Source: Corynebacterium glutamicum ATCC 13032
Lineage (GTDB): Bacteria > Actinomycetota > Actinomycetes > Mycobacteriales > Mycobacteriaceae
Length of the DNA stretch: 32,000 bases
Direction of reading: 5' to 3'
Assembly: GCF_000011325.1 (NCBI RefSeq)
Contig: NC_003450.3
Coordinates: forward strand, 1,830,001-1,862,000
Shown here: positions 8,349 through 16,680 of the stretch, piece after piece
Numbering within the stretch: the first letter of the stretch is position 1
Layout of the letters: every line of letters begins with the position of its first letter
Program-made: the position numbers and the translations under genes
Notes under the pieces: model-generated
Database searches by the model: none
Seen by the model: the letters and a program-made list of their open reading frames with translations, nothing else
What the model was told of the DNA's origin: nothing

Positions 8349-11300
8349 ATGTCCGCTCCAACCATCTACCCCGGCACCAAAACATCTATTGATCCGATCA
8401 CCATGGATGACGCTCGCATCATCTTTTTCGATATTGAGTCGCTCCACAATATTTTCACGGTAGCAACCTACGATTCTCTGTCCCACCACGTCGATGTCTT
8501 TTACCTGCTCGATCACACAACCAGCCCTCAGATCACGGTGCTGCCGCACTCAATGGATTATTTCGATCAAACGCGCAGCGATGCTGTTATGGCTGCCATC
8601 ATTGAGCAAAACCCTGCGTTCGCAGAAATTAAAGGCTCACCCATTACAACCGCAGATGTAGCCCTCCACAATCTCGGTGACACCAACGCCAACCGACGCT
8701 GGCAGTCTAACGTGCTGCTTGCCCGGCTACTCGGGGGTATTAGTGTGCGCGGAGAGGTACCTGAGCACCAGAGCCACAACCATCTCGCCAAGCAGTTTGC
8801 CGAGGCAACCTTGGTCACCAGGGACTTCGATGTGAATTATGATCCAACAAGCGCTCACCCTTTTACTGCTGGCTTCAACTCGATCAACTATGACACCACC
8901 TTGCTCAGCCTGTACTTCGCAATGTTGACCTCAAATATCGGAAGTACACCGACGTATTTCCCGGTGATCACCGCACAGGAACTTCGTGCGCATAACGACA
9001 AGCTCTTTAGCCCTGAGTTCATCAAAAACATGCCAAAGTATCTCTGGGATCGCGACAGCGGTGCTGGACTCAGAGCTGCATCGGGTTTCCGCAACGCCAT
9101 GCTCAAATCGGGTCGCCACATTGATATTCAACGCCTCAATGAAAAACAGCTCTTTGTTGGACTCAAGCGCCTGCTTGGTCTCCTCGGTCACCAGATTCTC
9201 GAATCTGATCGTCTCTCTGGTGATGATGCCCATGTTGATACTAACGAGGATGTACTTGATCTCATTGCCTACAACGTCTCAGACGTGGTGGGCACCAGAC
9301 TGCTCGCTGAGGACCCGGTGTACTCCGGCTCTTTCGATCTGCGGGCAGGTCTACTGAGCACCTACCCAGAGACTGTTTTTGATCATGATGGTACTTTCCG
9401 TCAGCCATCCACGCAGATGCGTAAAGATCGCCTAACGATTAATACCTCATCAGCTCAGTTCGCAGCGCGTATTTTGGCGCCATATCGCCCACTCCGCGAT
9501 GTCCCTGATGCGATTGGCGACATGCCGGTGGTGTCTTACTTGTACCCGGATGCAGCAGTCGCCGAAGCAACAGGTCAAAAACAAGTCAACGTGCTTGATG
9601 AGTCAAAGAAGTTCTTCTATGACAACATCACCGACCCGGAAGCACGTGCTGCCTTTGATGAGGTCTTTGCTTTTTACGCTGATATTGAGGGTCGCAACTT
9701 CAACAGTCACAATGAGGCTATTGATACCCAGATTAACCAATTACGTGCTTATCTCAACCAGGTTGTCGCATTCGATGCAGCTGGGTATGCGCTCTATGAT
9801 GTACGTACACGTTTTGAGCAGATCTTCCCCAAGGATCGCAGCTACATCAACGATGCTACGGATATGACCCCTCGCGCAGTATCGAGCTTTGACGATCTGG
9901 TTGCACTCTGTGATGATATTCGCGGTGTACTTGATCGAGGTTTAGAGATCTCATCTCCGAATCATCATGAGATGGTGGATGCTATGCGCAAGCAGCTGCA
10001 CTATATTCAGGCATTTTACCGTGCCTGGGGACCCATTCAACGCCGCTTCAATGACGCTGACCCAGCGGTGACCCATCCGCATCTCACAGTGATCTACCCA
10101 CCGCTCACCCCTGCATCCGCAGAGAAATTCAACAAGATCACCTCAGTCGCTGCTGTGAGCAAGCGCCCAACCACCCTGCCGTATTTCCGTGCAGATGGTT
10201 CACCTACTCGTGGCTTTGCTAACTTCTCCACAGGAGGTATTCACGGTGCGGAATACAACGAAGATCGTTTTGACCATGATCAAGATCTACACACAGTGGC
10301 AACCCGTGAATTCTTCGCCATTCTTGATGCGACATTAGCGGCTCTCTACGCAGCCCACCAAGCCGAACCTGAATCGGCGGACTACCAGATTGCACAAGAC
10401 GCACTCGCCTGGGCAAAGAATGTACTTAGCGATCAAAAACTCATCGCTAAGTCGCCTCAGTTATACAACCCCGAAACCGGGGTCACCTATGAGTGGGAGT
10501 TTGTCGCTCAAGCAGCATGGTGGATTCGCAACAAACCGGTTGAGGTTATTTTACCAACAGGTGAATCAATGACCGTAAAACACAAATCTGTATTGGCATC
10601 TGCGTCCTACCCACTCCGAGACAACGTGGCGTACTGGCGTAGCGAACCCAAAACACCACAGCTGTTTCCCGTAGCAAAATCTGGTGGTTCCTCGCTTGAG
10701 AAGAAGTACAACTACACCTCTGTGGGTACTGCTATTCACGAGGACTTTAGCAGTTACTATCCGCTCTTGCTCACCAATATGGCTGCATTTACCAATGCTG
10801 ACTTAGGTATTGATGAGAAAACCGGGCGCCCTCGTGACCGCTACCGTGAAATCTACGAACAAAAAGAGATCTATGGCGCACAGCGCAAAGACCCCTCCAT
10901 TGATGAAGAAACAAAGCAACGTCTAGGGATTTTGCGCGAAGGTACCAAGTTGATTCTTAACTCGGCCACCGGTGCTGCTGATGCTGGTCACGACACCCCG
11001 ATCCTCATGAACAATCGCGTTATTGCCATGAGGATTATTGGGCAGCTATTTTCTTGGAGAATTGGGCAAGCTCAATCACTGGCTGGTGCAACGATTATTT
11101 CCACTAACACTGATGGCCTGTATTCCGTACTCGATATGGGGACTAACCAGCGCGTTCTTGATGAACACGCTACAGCCATCGGTGTGCAAATTGAGCCTGA
11201 AGAACTGGATATTGTCTCCAAGGATTCCAACTCACGTGCCGAATTTCTCGGCAATGGCTACATCAATGCGGCCGGTGACTTGGCGTGTTGGGATGGACCC

Positions 11301-12140
11301 AACTCTCGGAACTCACTAGATCACCCGGCCTTTGTTGACCATGTGCTGGTGAAGTATTTCCAGCTCGTCGTCAACAACACTGTGCCAGAGATTCCAGAAA
11401 CACCTGAGCTTGAGGGTGTACCGCTGGCTCTTGATCAACCCATGAACCGCCACGAAGTCTCGAAGATTGTCGCCACTATGCACAAGGAATTCGAGCCGAA
11501 AAAGCTGCTGTCGTTTTACCAAAACATTTTGGCCTCTTCACGCGGTTCTAATACCTTCCTATTCTCTGTCCCCTATATCCCTGCAACAGAAGGAGAAGAA
11601 ACCCACCCTGCAACAGATACCAGCACTATTGCGACACCAACCTTGAGCTTTGATGCTTATGGTAATAAGGCCGAGGTCATGCCGACTCAATCCACTGTGG
11701 ATAAGCGCGTGCCCTCTTTGCTGCAGTATTACACGCGTACATTCCATGTGCGACAAGATACGCAGCAGGCTGTCTTTGATGTTATTGGCGCCAACCCCGT
11801 GCTCATCGCCGCAGCAAAAGCTGCATCCATATCACCGGCTTCTGCTGATTCACGTAGAAAGAAGGGCCTGGCCTCCACCAACGCTGACCCAGTAGCCAAG
11901 CATGTACTAGAAATTGCAGGAGCTGATGTGGAATCGCTGCGCCATGAAAAGGATCTCAAGGTCACCAAGCACACTGGCCAAGACCCAGCACTGCCTGTCG
12001 TGGTCTTTAACCAAACCATTTGGCATAACCCCAACGACGATGTGATTAATGCATTACTGGGCGCTATTGACCAGGATGCCTACATTGACATGGCGATCTC
12101 GTCCTACAACAAGTCCTGGCACAACATTATCCCGGCTTAA
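8349..12140 (+). CDS. DNA polymerase, DEDDy 3'-5' exonuclease plus divergent family-B-like polymerase domain (1263 aa)
   Basis: Exonuclease motifs:
- Exo I: FFDIES (D28/E30, nt 8430-8438)
- Exo II: NSINYD (residues 177-182)
- Exo III: YNVSD (residues 308-312)

Polymerase motifs:
- Motif A-like: DFSSYYP (residues 799-805, nt 10743 onward)
- Motif B-like: KLILNSATG (residues 867-875, nt 10947-10973)
- Motif C-like: NTDG (residues 920-923, nt 11106-11117)

AAGAAAG lies 7 nt before the ATG. Confidence 0.8.
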   Translation: MSAPTIYPGTKTSIDPITMDDARIIFFDIESLHNIFTVATYDSLSHHVDVFYLLDHTTSPQITVLPHSMDYFDQTRSDAVMAAIIEQNPAFAEIKGSPITTADVALHNLGDTNANRRWQSNVLLARLLGGISVRGEVPEHQSHNHLAKQFAEATLVTRDFDVNYDPTSAHPFTAGFNSINYDTTLLSLYFAMLTSNIGSTPTYFPVITAQELRAHNDKLFSPEFIKNMPKYLWDRDSGAGLRAASGFRNAMLKSGRHIDIQRLNEKQLFVGLKRLLGLLGHQILESDRLSGDDAHVDTNEDVLDLIAYNVSDVVGTRLLAEDPVYSGSFDLRAGLLSTYPETVFDHDGTFRQPSTQMRKDRLTINTSSAQFAARILAPYRPLRDVPDAIGDMPVVSYLYPDAAVAEATGQKQVNVLDESKKFFYDNITDPEARAAFDEVFAFYADIEGRNFNSHNEAIDTQINQLRAYLNQVVAFDAAGYALYDVRTRFEQIFPKDRSYINDATDMTPRAVSSFDDLVALCDDIRGVLDRGLEISSPNHHEMVDAMRKQLHYIQAFYRAWGPIQRRFNDADPAVTHPHLTVIYPPLTPASAEKFNKITSVAAVSKRPTTLPYFRADGSPTRGFANFSTGGIHGAEYNEDRFDHDQDLHTVATREFFAILDATLAALYAAHQAEPESADYQIAQDALAWAKNVLSDQKLIAKSPQLYNPETGVTYEWEFVAQAAWWIRNKPVEVILPTGESMTVKHKSVLASASYPLRDNVAYWRSEPKTPQLFPVAKSGGSSLEKKYNYTSVGTAIHEDFSSYYPLLLTNMAAFTNADLGIDEKTGRPRDRYREIYEQKEIYGAQRKDPSIDEETKQRLGILREGTKLILNSATGAADAGHDTPILMNNRVIAMRIIGQLFSWRIGQAQSLAGATIISTNTDGLYSVLDMGTNQRVLDEHATAIGVQIEPEELDIVSKDSNSRAEFLGNGYINAAGDLACWDGPNSRNSLDHPAFVDHVLVKYFQLVVNNTVPEIPETPELEGVPLALDQPMNRHEVSKIVATMHKEFEPKKLLSFYQNILASSRGSNTFLFSVPYIPATEGEETHPATDTSTIATPTLSFDAYGNKAEVMPTQSTVDKRVPSLLQYYTRTFHVRQDTQQAVFDVIGANPVLIAAAKAASISPASADSRRKKGLASTNADPVAKHVLEIAGADVESLRHEKDLKVTKHTGQDPALPVVVFNQTIWHNPNDDVINALLGAIDQDAYIDMAISSYNKSWHNIIPA

Positions 12141-12154
12141 CTACCGCTGGGTAG

Positions 12155-12231
12155 ACCCCTTGATGACCTAAAAGACCTGGTAAAGCTGGTAAAATTCAGT
12201 ACTACCAACGCTTTTACATCAAGGGGTTTTT
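12155..12231 (+). promoter_or_regulatory. long-loop hairpin plus U tract that sequesters the SD of the VRR-NUC gene
   Basis: accccttgatg (12155-12165) pairs perfectly with catcaaggggt (12217-12227), an 11-bp stem with a 51-nt loop. The T run extends to 12231. The 3' arm contains the aagggg SD (12221-12226) of the ATG at 12235. Confidence 0.45.
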
Positions 12232-12234
12232 GTC

Positions 12235-12684
12235 ATGTCTACCACCACGTCCACCACCACAAAACACGCACCTGTTCGACCTTTAGAGACAGTCATCGAA
12301 CAAGCCTTACAGGATGCTTGTGCAGTACACAACATCATGTACTTAAAGTTCACCTCAAGTGTCACCGGCGTGCCTGATCGCATCCTGCAGGGTATTAACG
12401 CAGCAGGACAACCATTAACCGTCTATGTGGAACTCAAGCGTCCAGGAACACACCCGCGTACTCGCCAAAAGGAGGTCATGAACAGACTTATAAATCATGG
12501 CGCATTAGTGTTCGTCGTCGATGCGAGAGACATCGACGTAACTCATTTCCGACACAACTATCACACTGTGGAATCACTCTTAGAGCTCACGTTTCTCAGC
12601 ACTAAGATACCTGTTCCCGAGCGCTTTGACCTGTTTAATTCAAACACAAAAGCGAACACATATAGCGCTGTTCCAGCACTATAA
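12235..12684 (+). CDS. VRR-NUC domain nuclease (PD-(D/E)xK fold)
   Basis: 149 aa with the pattern GVPDRIL ... VYVELKRPG ... RTRQKEVMNRLINHGALVFVV. This matches the VRR-NUC signature: PD, then E-x-K, then a conserved Q and a C-terminal G-hydrophobic strand. Confidence 0.8.
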   Translation: MSTTTSTTTKHAPVRPLETVIEQALQDACAVHNIMYLKFTSSVTGVPDRILQGINAAGQPLTVYVELKRPGTHPRTRQKEVMNRLINHGALVFVVDARDIDVTHFRHNYHTVESLLELTFLSTKIPVPERFDLFNSNTKANTYSAVPAL

Positions 12685-12920
12685 ATTGACATTTTTTACA
12701 CAGATTTTTACATCAACAACCACCTACGAGCAGGTTTAATAGCCTCTCATGGGTGGTTGTCTTAATTAAGGGTGTTGCGTGAAACACGCAACCGGAGAGG
12801 AGGGTGAAGTGTGGGGTTCCTTGCGGGCGTATGTCCGGGGTGCTTGCTATGCTTCAAACGATTTCATTCAAGAAACTTAATTTATTAACAACTCTTAAAA
12901 GAAAAGGAGAGCTGGTCATC

Positions 12921-13340
12921 ATGATCACTCGTCACGATGTTCCCTACATCATCGCTCCGCCTGTCTACGCGATCTTTGCGAGCCTGATGACCACGCCACC
13001 ATGGTTTTATCGAACCACCTACACCATTGACGGTTTCGATTTTAAGATCAGCTGGGTCTACACCATCACCATCTACATCAGCCTCATGATCCTCATTATC
13101 GGGTTCTACCAAGCCAATATGCGCAAAGCGTGCCCTTATGAGGAAGATCCTTTGGTCGATATTTGGCACAAGGTGTGGAGCACTGCACTCTTTATCCTAC
13201 CTATCGTTTTATCCATCGCGGTGTACTCACTGATCACACAGCGCGGGTTTGACTGGTATGTCATGGTGTTTATTCTCCCTGTAGGCTTGATGATCGCTTA
13301 TGGATTCTTCAAGCCCTGTGATTGCGACAAACACCGTTAA
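12921..13340 (+). CDS. small integral membrane protein (about four predicted TM helices)
   Basis: ATG 12921 is preceded by aaaaggagag. Hydrophobic segments include VPYIIAPPVYAIFASLM, WVYTITIYISLMILIIGF, ALFILPIVLSIAVYSLI and WYVMVFILPVGLMIAYGFF. The upstream part of the track ORF (from 12804) lacks an RBS. Confidence 0.6.
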   Translation: MITRHDVPYIIAPPVYAIFASLMTTPPWFYRTTYTIDGFDFKISWVYTITIYISLMILIIGFYQANMRKACPYEEDPLVDIWHKVWSTALFILPIVLSIAVYSLITQRGFDWYVMVFILPVGLMIAYGFFKPCDCDKHR

Positions 13341-13412
13341 GGTATACTTGTCCAAGACTTTCCCCACCGGCAGCCCAATAAGGGCTGCGCCTAACTTAAA
13401 ACACGACACATA

Positions 13413-13452
13413 GAACCCCTCCCCGGCCACACGCCCCAGAGGGGTTCTTTTT
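13413..13452 (+). terminator. rho-independent terminator
   Basis: gaacccctc (13413-13421) pairs with gaggggttc (13439-13447), a 9-bp GC-rich stem. It is followed by ttttt (13448-13452). Confidence 0.75.
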
Positions 13453-13517
13453 CATCCTTTTTAAAATATACTTATATGTATTAATCCCCTCTTTGTGCAG
13501 CATAGGAGACTACTGCT

Positions 13518-15359
13518 ATGACCTCAACAACCCAACCTGGCACAACACCTGAGCTCAGCGCAGACACTCATTCTGAGCCCTGGGATGTCGTCATCGAAAA
13601 CACCCTTGAACCTTTTCAAAAAGTCGTTCGTCAATTTATTATTGACCGCCCCTATTCCGGCATTTTCCTCACCATGGGTGGCGGCAAAACACTCACTACC
13701 CTCTCCGCATTGACCTATATCCAGCCACCTGGACACATTCTGGTTGTCGCGCCTCTAAATATCTCTCGACTCACCTGGCCCGAAGAGGTTCGCAAGTGGA
13801 ATATCCCTGTTAACGCAATCTCGCTGATCACCAATGAGCGCGGCACCAAACTCACCCGCGCCAAACGCCTCAAACTCTATGAGGAAACAGCGACCACACC
13901 ACCAACGCTGTATTACATCACCATTAATCTGCTCGAAGATATTGTCAATTACTTTGGTGATAGGTGGCCGTTTTGGACAGTCATTATTGATGAGTCACAG
14001 ACAATCTCTGATATATCCTCCAAGCGCACTAGAGCGCTCTTTTCTGTGCGACCCTATATCGGCAGACTAATTCTGCTCACCGGAACCCCCAGCGCCAACA
14101 AGTTCGACTCCATTTACGCCCAAGTCGCAGTGCTAGATTATGGTGCCAGCCTGGGTGACAACATCGACGTATTCCGAGCCAGATGGTGTGCGCCCGACAT
14201 TATTACCGATAAACAAGTGCGTCGCTGGAAGCCGGCTAACAAGCAGGCTGAAGCAGAGGTGTACCGCACTATTAGCCACCTGGTCATGTCTGCCGTCAAC
14301 ACGGATATTAAGCTGCCACCGCTGCATTTTGTTGATCACGAGGTACACATGAGCGACGATGAGCACCGCGACTACGAGCTCTTCAAAAAGGACGCGGTGC
14401 TTGCTGCATTGCTCGATATGGCTGAAGAGAATGAGGGTGGCGAAGGCGCTGATGACACTGACGCTGCTGATTCAGCGACAACGACCCCACCTGCGTCATC
14501 ACAGCCAACAAACCCTGCCATCCCCGCTGGACTGCTTCAGGCAATACAACAAACCCAGGACACCAATGGTCGCGCCATCGCGCCTGTGACCACAGCTGAA
14601 CTTGATCATTTTGATGATCTGCCAGTACAGCGCCAAGAAGATCTTGGCACCTTAGTTGTTATCTCTGCTGTTCACGCAGCGACTCTGCGCATGAAACTGC
14701 TGCAATACGCAGGTGGTGCTGTCTATGTCGATCCAGAAGATTCTGCGCAGTCCCAAGACCTGGATGCCAGCACTGCACGTGATGTTATCGACGCTACCAA
14801 CACCGCCATGACCACTATTACCTCTCGCCCCACCATGATTGTGCACCTGCACAAGGTGCGAAAAGTCATTGAGATTTTATGCAACCCTGCACTCGGCGGT
14901 GAACCTGTCAATATCGACCAGGACGAGACCGGAAAACAGGTGTACACACCCACCCCAACGCTTGTCGCCTATCGCTTTATCTCTGACAAAGAAATCCTGC
15001 TTCATTACCTGGCGCAGGCGGGTGTGCAGGGTGTGGAGGTTTTTGACGGGTCGCCTGACATGCTGAGCCGTTGGAATGCGGGACGCATTCCGGTCTTACT
15101 TTTGCAGCCTGCGTCTGCTGGTCACGGCTTGAATTTCCAGCACGGCGGGCATCGCTTGGTGTGGTACAACCTGCCCGATAATAACGAGCATTATATGCAA
15201 GCGAATGCTCGTCTACATCGCATTGGTCAAAAGAATCCCGTGACCATTCACCGCATTATTACCGCTGATACTTATGATGCGAATATGCCGGCGATTCTGG
15301 CCGGTAAAGCAAATAGACAGCAACGTCTCATCGACGCCGTGCGCCGTGATCCAGTCTAA
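13518..15359 (+). CDS. SNF2-family (SF2) helicase/translocase
   Basis: - Motif I: MGGGKT (13674-13691)
- Motif II: DESQ (13989-14000)
- Motif III: LTGTP
- Motif V: QPASAGHGLNFQ
- Motif VI: QANARLHRIGQ

An acidic/low-complexity insert separates the two RecA lobes. Confidence 0.9.
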   Translation: MTSTTQPGTTPELSADTHSEPWDVVIENTLEPFQKVVRQFIIDRPYSGIFLTMGGGKTLTTLSALTYIQPPGHILVVAPLNISRLTWPEEVRKWNIPVNAISLITNERGTKLTRAKRLKLYEETATTPPTLYYITINLLEDIVNYFGDRWPFWTVIIDESQTISDISSKRTRALFSVRPYIGRLILLTGTPSANKFDSIYAQVAVLDYGASLGDNIDVFRARWCAPDIITDKQVRRWKPANKQAEAEVYRTISHLVMSAVNTDIKLPPLHFVDHEVHMSDDEHRDYELFKKDAVLAALLDMAEENEGGEGADDTDAADSATTTPPASSQPTNPAIPAGLLQAIQQTQDTNGRAIAPVTTAELDHFDDLPVQRQEDLGTLVVISAVHAATLRMKLLQYAGGAVYVDPEDSAQSQDLDASTARDVIDATNTAMTTITSRPTMIVHLHKVRKVIEILCNPALGGEPVNIDQDETGKQVYTPTPTLVAYRFISDKEILLHYLAQAGVQGVEVFDGSPDMLSRWNAGRIPVLLLQPASAGHGLNFQHGGHRLVWYNLPDNNEHYMQANARLHRIGQKNPVTIHRIITADTYDANMPAILAGKANRQQRLIDAVRRDPV

Positions 15360-15360
15360 G

Positions 15361-15452
15361 ACCGGCACGATCGCACCGTTATAGCTAATCAGCACCACCT
15401 ACAACACCACAAACACACCCCAATCAGCATGATCGTGCCGGTTGGGGTGTGT
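15361..15452 (+). promoter_or_regulatory. two interleaved perfect stems (alternative RNA structures) between the SNF2 gene and the next gene
   Basis: Stem 1: accggcacgatc (15361-15372) pairs with gatcgtgccggt (15431-15442), 12 bp. Stem 2: acacaccccaa (15413-15423) pairs with ttggggtgtgt (15442-15452), 11 bp. The 5' arm of stem 2 lies inside the loop of stem 1, and the two 3' arms abut. Confidence 0.5.
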
Positions 15453-15482
15453 CTTATCCCCTAAGAAAGTGACACCTTTACC

Positions 15483-15860
15483 ATGTCAGACCACGACGCC
15501 CCACAAACACCGATCCCCAAGGGGTTTTGGCAGCAGATCGACCACCAACTCGATCGCCTCGGCACGCAGCGCCCAGAGACCTTCGCAGCACTGCGTGACA
15601 TTTTGCTTGATCCTGCCTACACCGCCATTGTTCATGACCGTAATCGCTACGGCGTTGTCACCTTTGACACCAACTCAGCCTTCTTCTCAGGCTCTGGCGG
15701 AGACAACGGCTTAGCCGACGTACTCATTAACTGTGATTGGCGCATGACTGACTACCGCGCCGAGTACTACTACGTCATGACACATAAATACACCAAGGAA
15801 TCGTTTACCTATATCGAGGGCGACGTGAAACGCGGCGACCTCATCCCGCCTAATAATTAA
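15483..15860 (+). CDS. hypothetical protein (125 aa)
   Basis: ATG start with AAGAAAG at 15463-15469. Its stop lies 11 nt before the next gene. No recognisable motif. Confidence 0.6.
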   Translation: MSDHDAPQTPIPKGFWQQIDHQLDRLGTQRPETFAALRDILLDPAYTAIVHDRNRYGVVTFDTNSAFFSGSGGDNGLADVLINCDWRMTDYRAEYYYVMTHKYTKESFTYIEGDVKRGDLIPPNN

Positions 15861-15871
15861 GGACAACCGCC

Positions 15872-16210
15872 ATGACTCAGATCGCCATGTATCTCGCAGG
15901 ACCCATGACAGGTATCCCTGAATACAACTACCCCACCTTCCATGCAGCGGCTAATAAGTTCCGTGCAGCTGGCTACACCGTACTCTCCCCCGCTGAAGAC
16001 GAATATGAATCCCAGCTCACTGCACCATTGCCTGAGAACGCTGAGCACAAATACGACCACTACTTGCGTCTCGGTATCGAAAAGCTGCTCAAGGCTGATG
16101 CTGTCCACATGCTTCAGGGATGGCAGAGTAGCGCCGGTGCCACTCTTGAGCACGATATTGCACAGAAATTGAGGCTTGCCATTACCTATGAAGAACCACC
16201 AGCATCCTAA
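15872..16210 (+). CDS. DUF4406 / nucleoside 2-deoxyribosyltransferase-like protein
   Basis: MYLAGPMTGIPEYNYPTFHAAANKFRAAGYTVLSPAE at the N-terminus and ADAVHMLQGWQSSAGATLEHDIAQKLRL at the C-terminus match the family pattern (YIAGPM...N.P.F...G..V.NP...GW..S.GA..E). aagga lies 7 nt upstream. Confidence 0.7.
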   Translation: MTQIAMYLAGPMTGIPEYNYPTFHAAANKFRAAGYTVLSPAEDEYESQLTAPLPENAEHKYDHYLRLGIEKLLKADAVHMLQGWQSSAGATLEHDIAQKLRLAITYEEPPAS

Positions 16211-16232
16211 GGCGCCTCCGGCATAGCGTAAA

Positions 16233-16261
16233 CCCCCACTGAGCAACAATCTCAGCGGGGG
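16233..16261. terminator. hairpin between convergent genes (weak U tracts)
   Basis: cccccactgag (16233-16243) pairs with ctcagcggggg (16251-16261), 10 of 11 bp. Only short A/T runs flank it. Confidence 0.4.
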
Positions 16262-16329
16262 CGATCATGAATTAATGTGCTGTCTCGATATTTACCTCTA
16301 GTGCCGTTCAACAATTCTCCACAGGGCTC

Positions 16330-16680
16330 TTATTCGAAAGGAATGCCTTCTTTTTCGCAGTACTCTTTGTACGCGTCGATGATTTCCTGTGGCACGATAC
16401 CACGTTGACCAACGGCCATGTCATTGTCAATAGCCCACAAACGCGCCTTACGGTGCAGCTCTGCATCTACAGATCCACGACGGATCTGGCGTGCAGATTC
16501 CTCACGACCAATCTTGATGACTTCTTTGAGCGTGATCATATCGAGCTCAGTATCAATGTCGTCACCATTAAGGTCCACTACATACTGTTTACCCTCGTAG
16601 ACCACGCCTACAGAGACGACATTGGTGATGCGCTCATGTGAGACATCAGATGTGTATTCGACCGACTGAATAATGGCCAT
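16330..16680 (-). CDS. lsr2: Lsr2-like nucleoid-associated protein / xenogeneic silencer
   Basis: The C-terminal ARLWAIDNDMAVGQRGIVPQEIIDAYKEY aligns by eye with the Lsr2 DNA-binding domain (IREWA..NG..V..RGRIP..VI.AY). The N-terminal beta-rich VVYEGKQYVVDLNGDD resembles the dimerisation domain (V.F.LDG..YEIDL). I prefer ATG 16680 (MAIIQS, with agga 8 nt upstream); the track ORF opens at TTG 16698. Confidence 0.8.
   Translation of the reverse strand: MAIIQSVEYTSDVSHERITNVVSVGVVYEGKQYVVDLNGDDIDTELDMITLKEVIKIGREESARQIRRGSVDAELHRKARLWAIDNDMAVGQRGIVPQEIIDAYKEYCEKEGIPFE

Noticed and set aside
15361-15452. H-type pseudoknot formed by both stems simultaneously
   Set aside because: The 3' arms abut with no linker and share nt 15442, so no loop is available to cross the 12-bp stem 1. 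The stems are interpreted as mutually exclusive alternatives instead.
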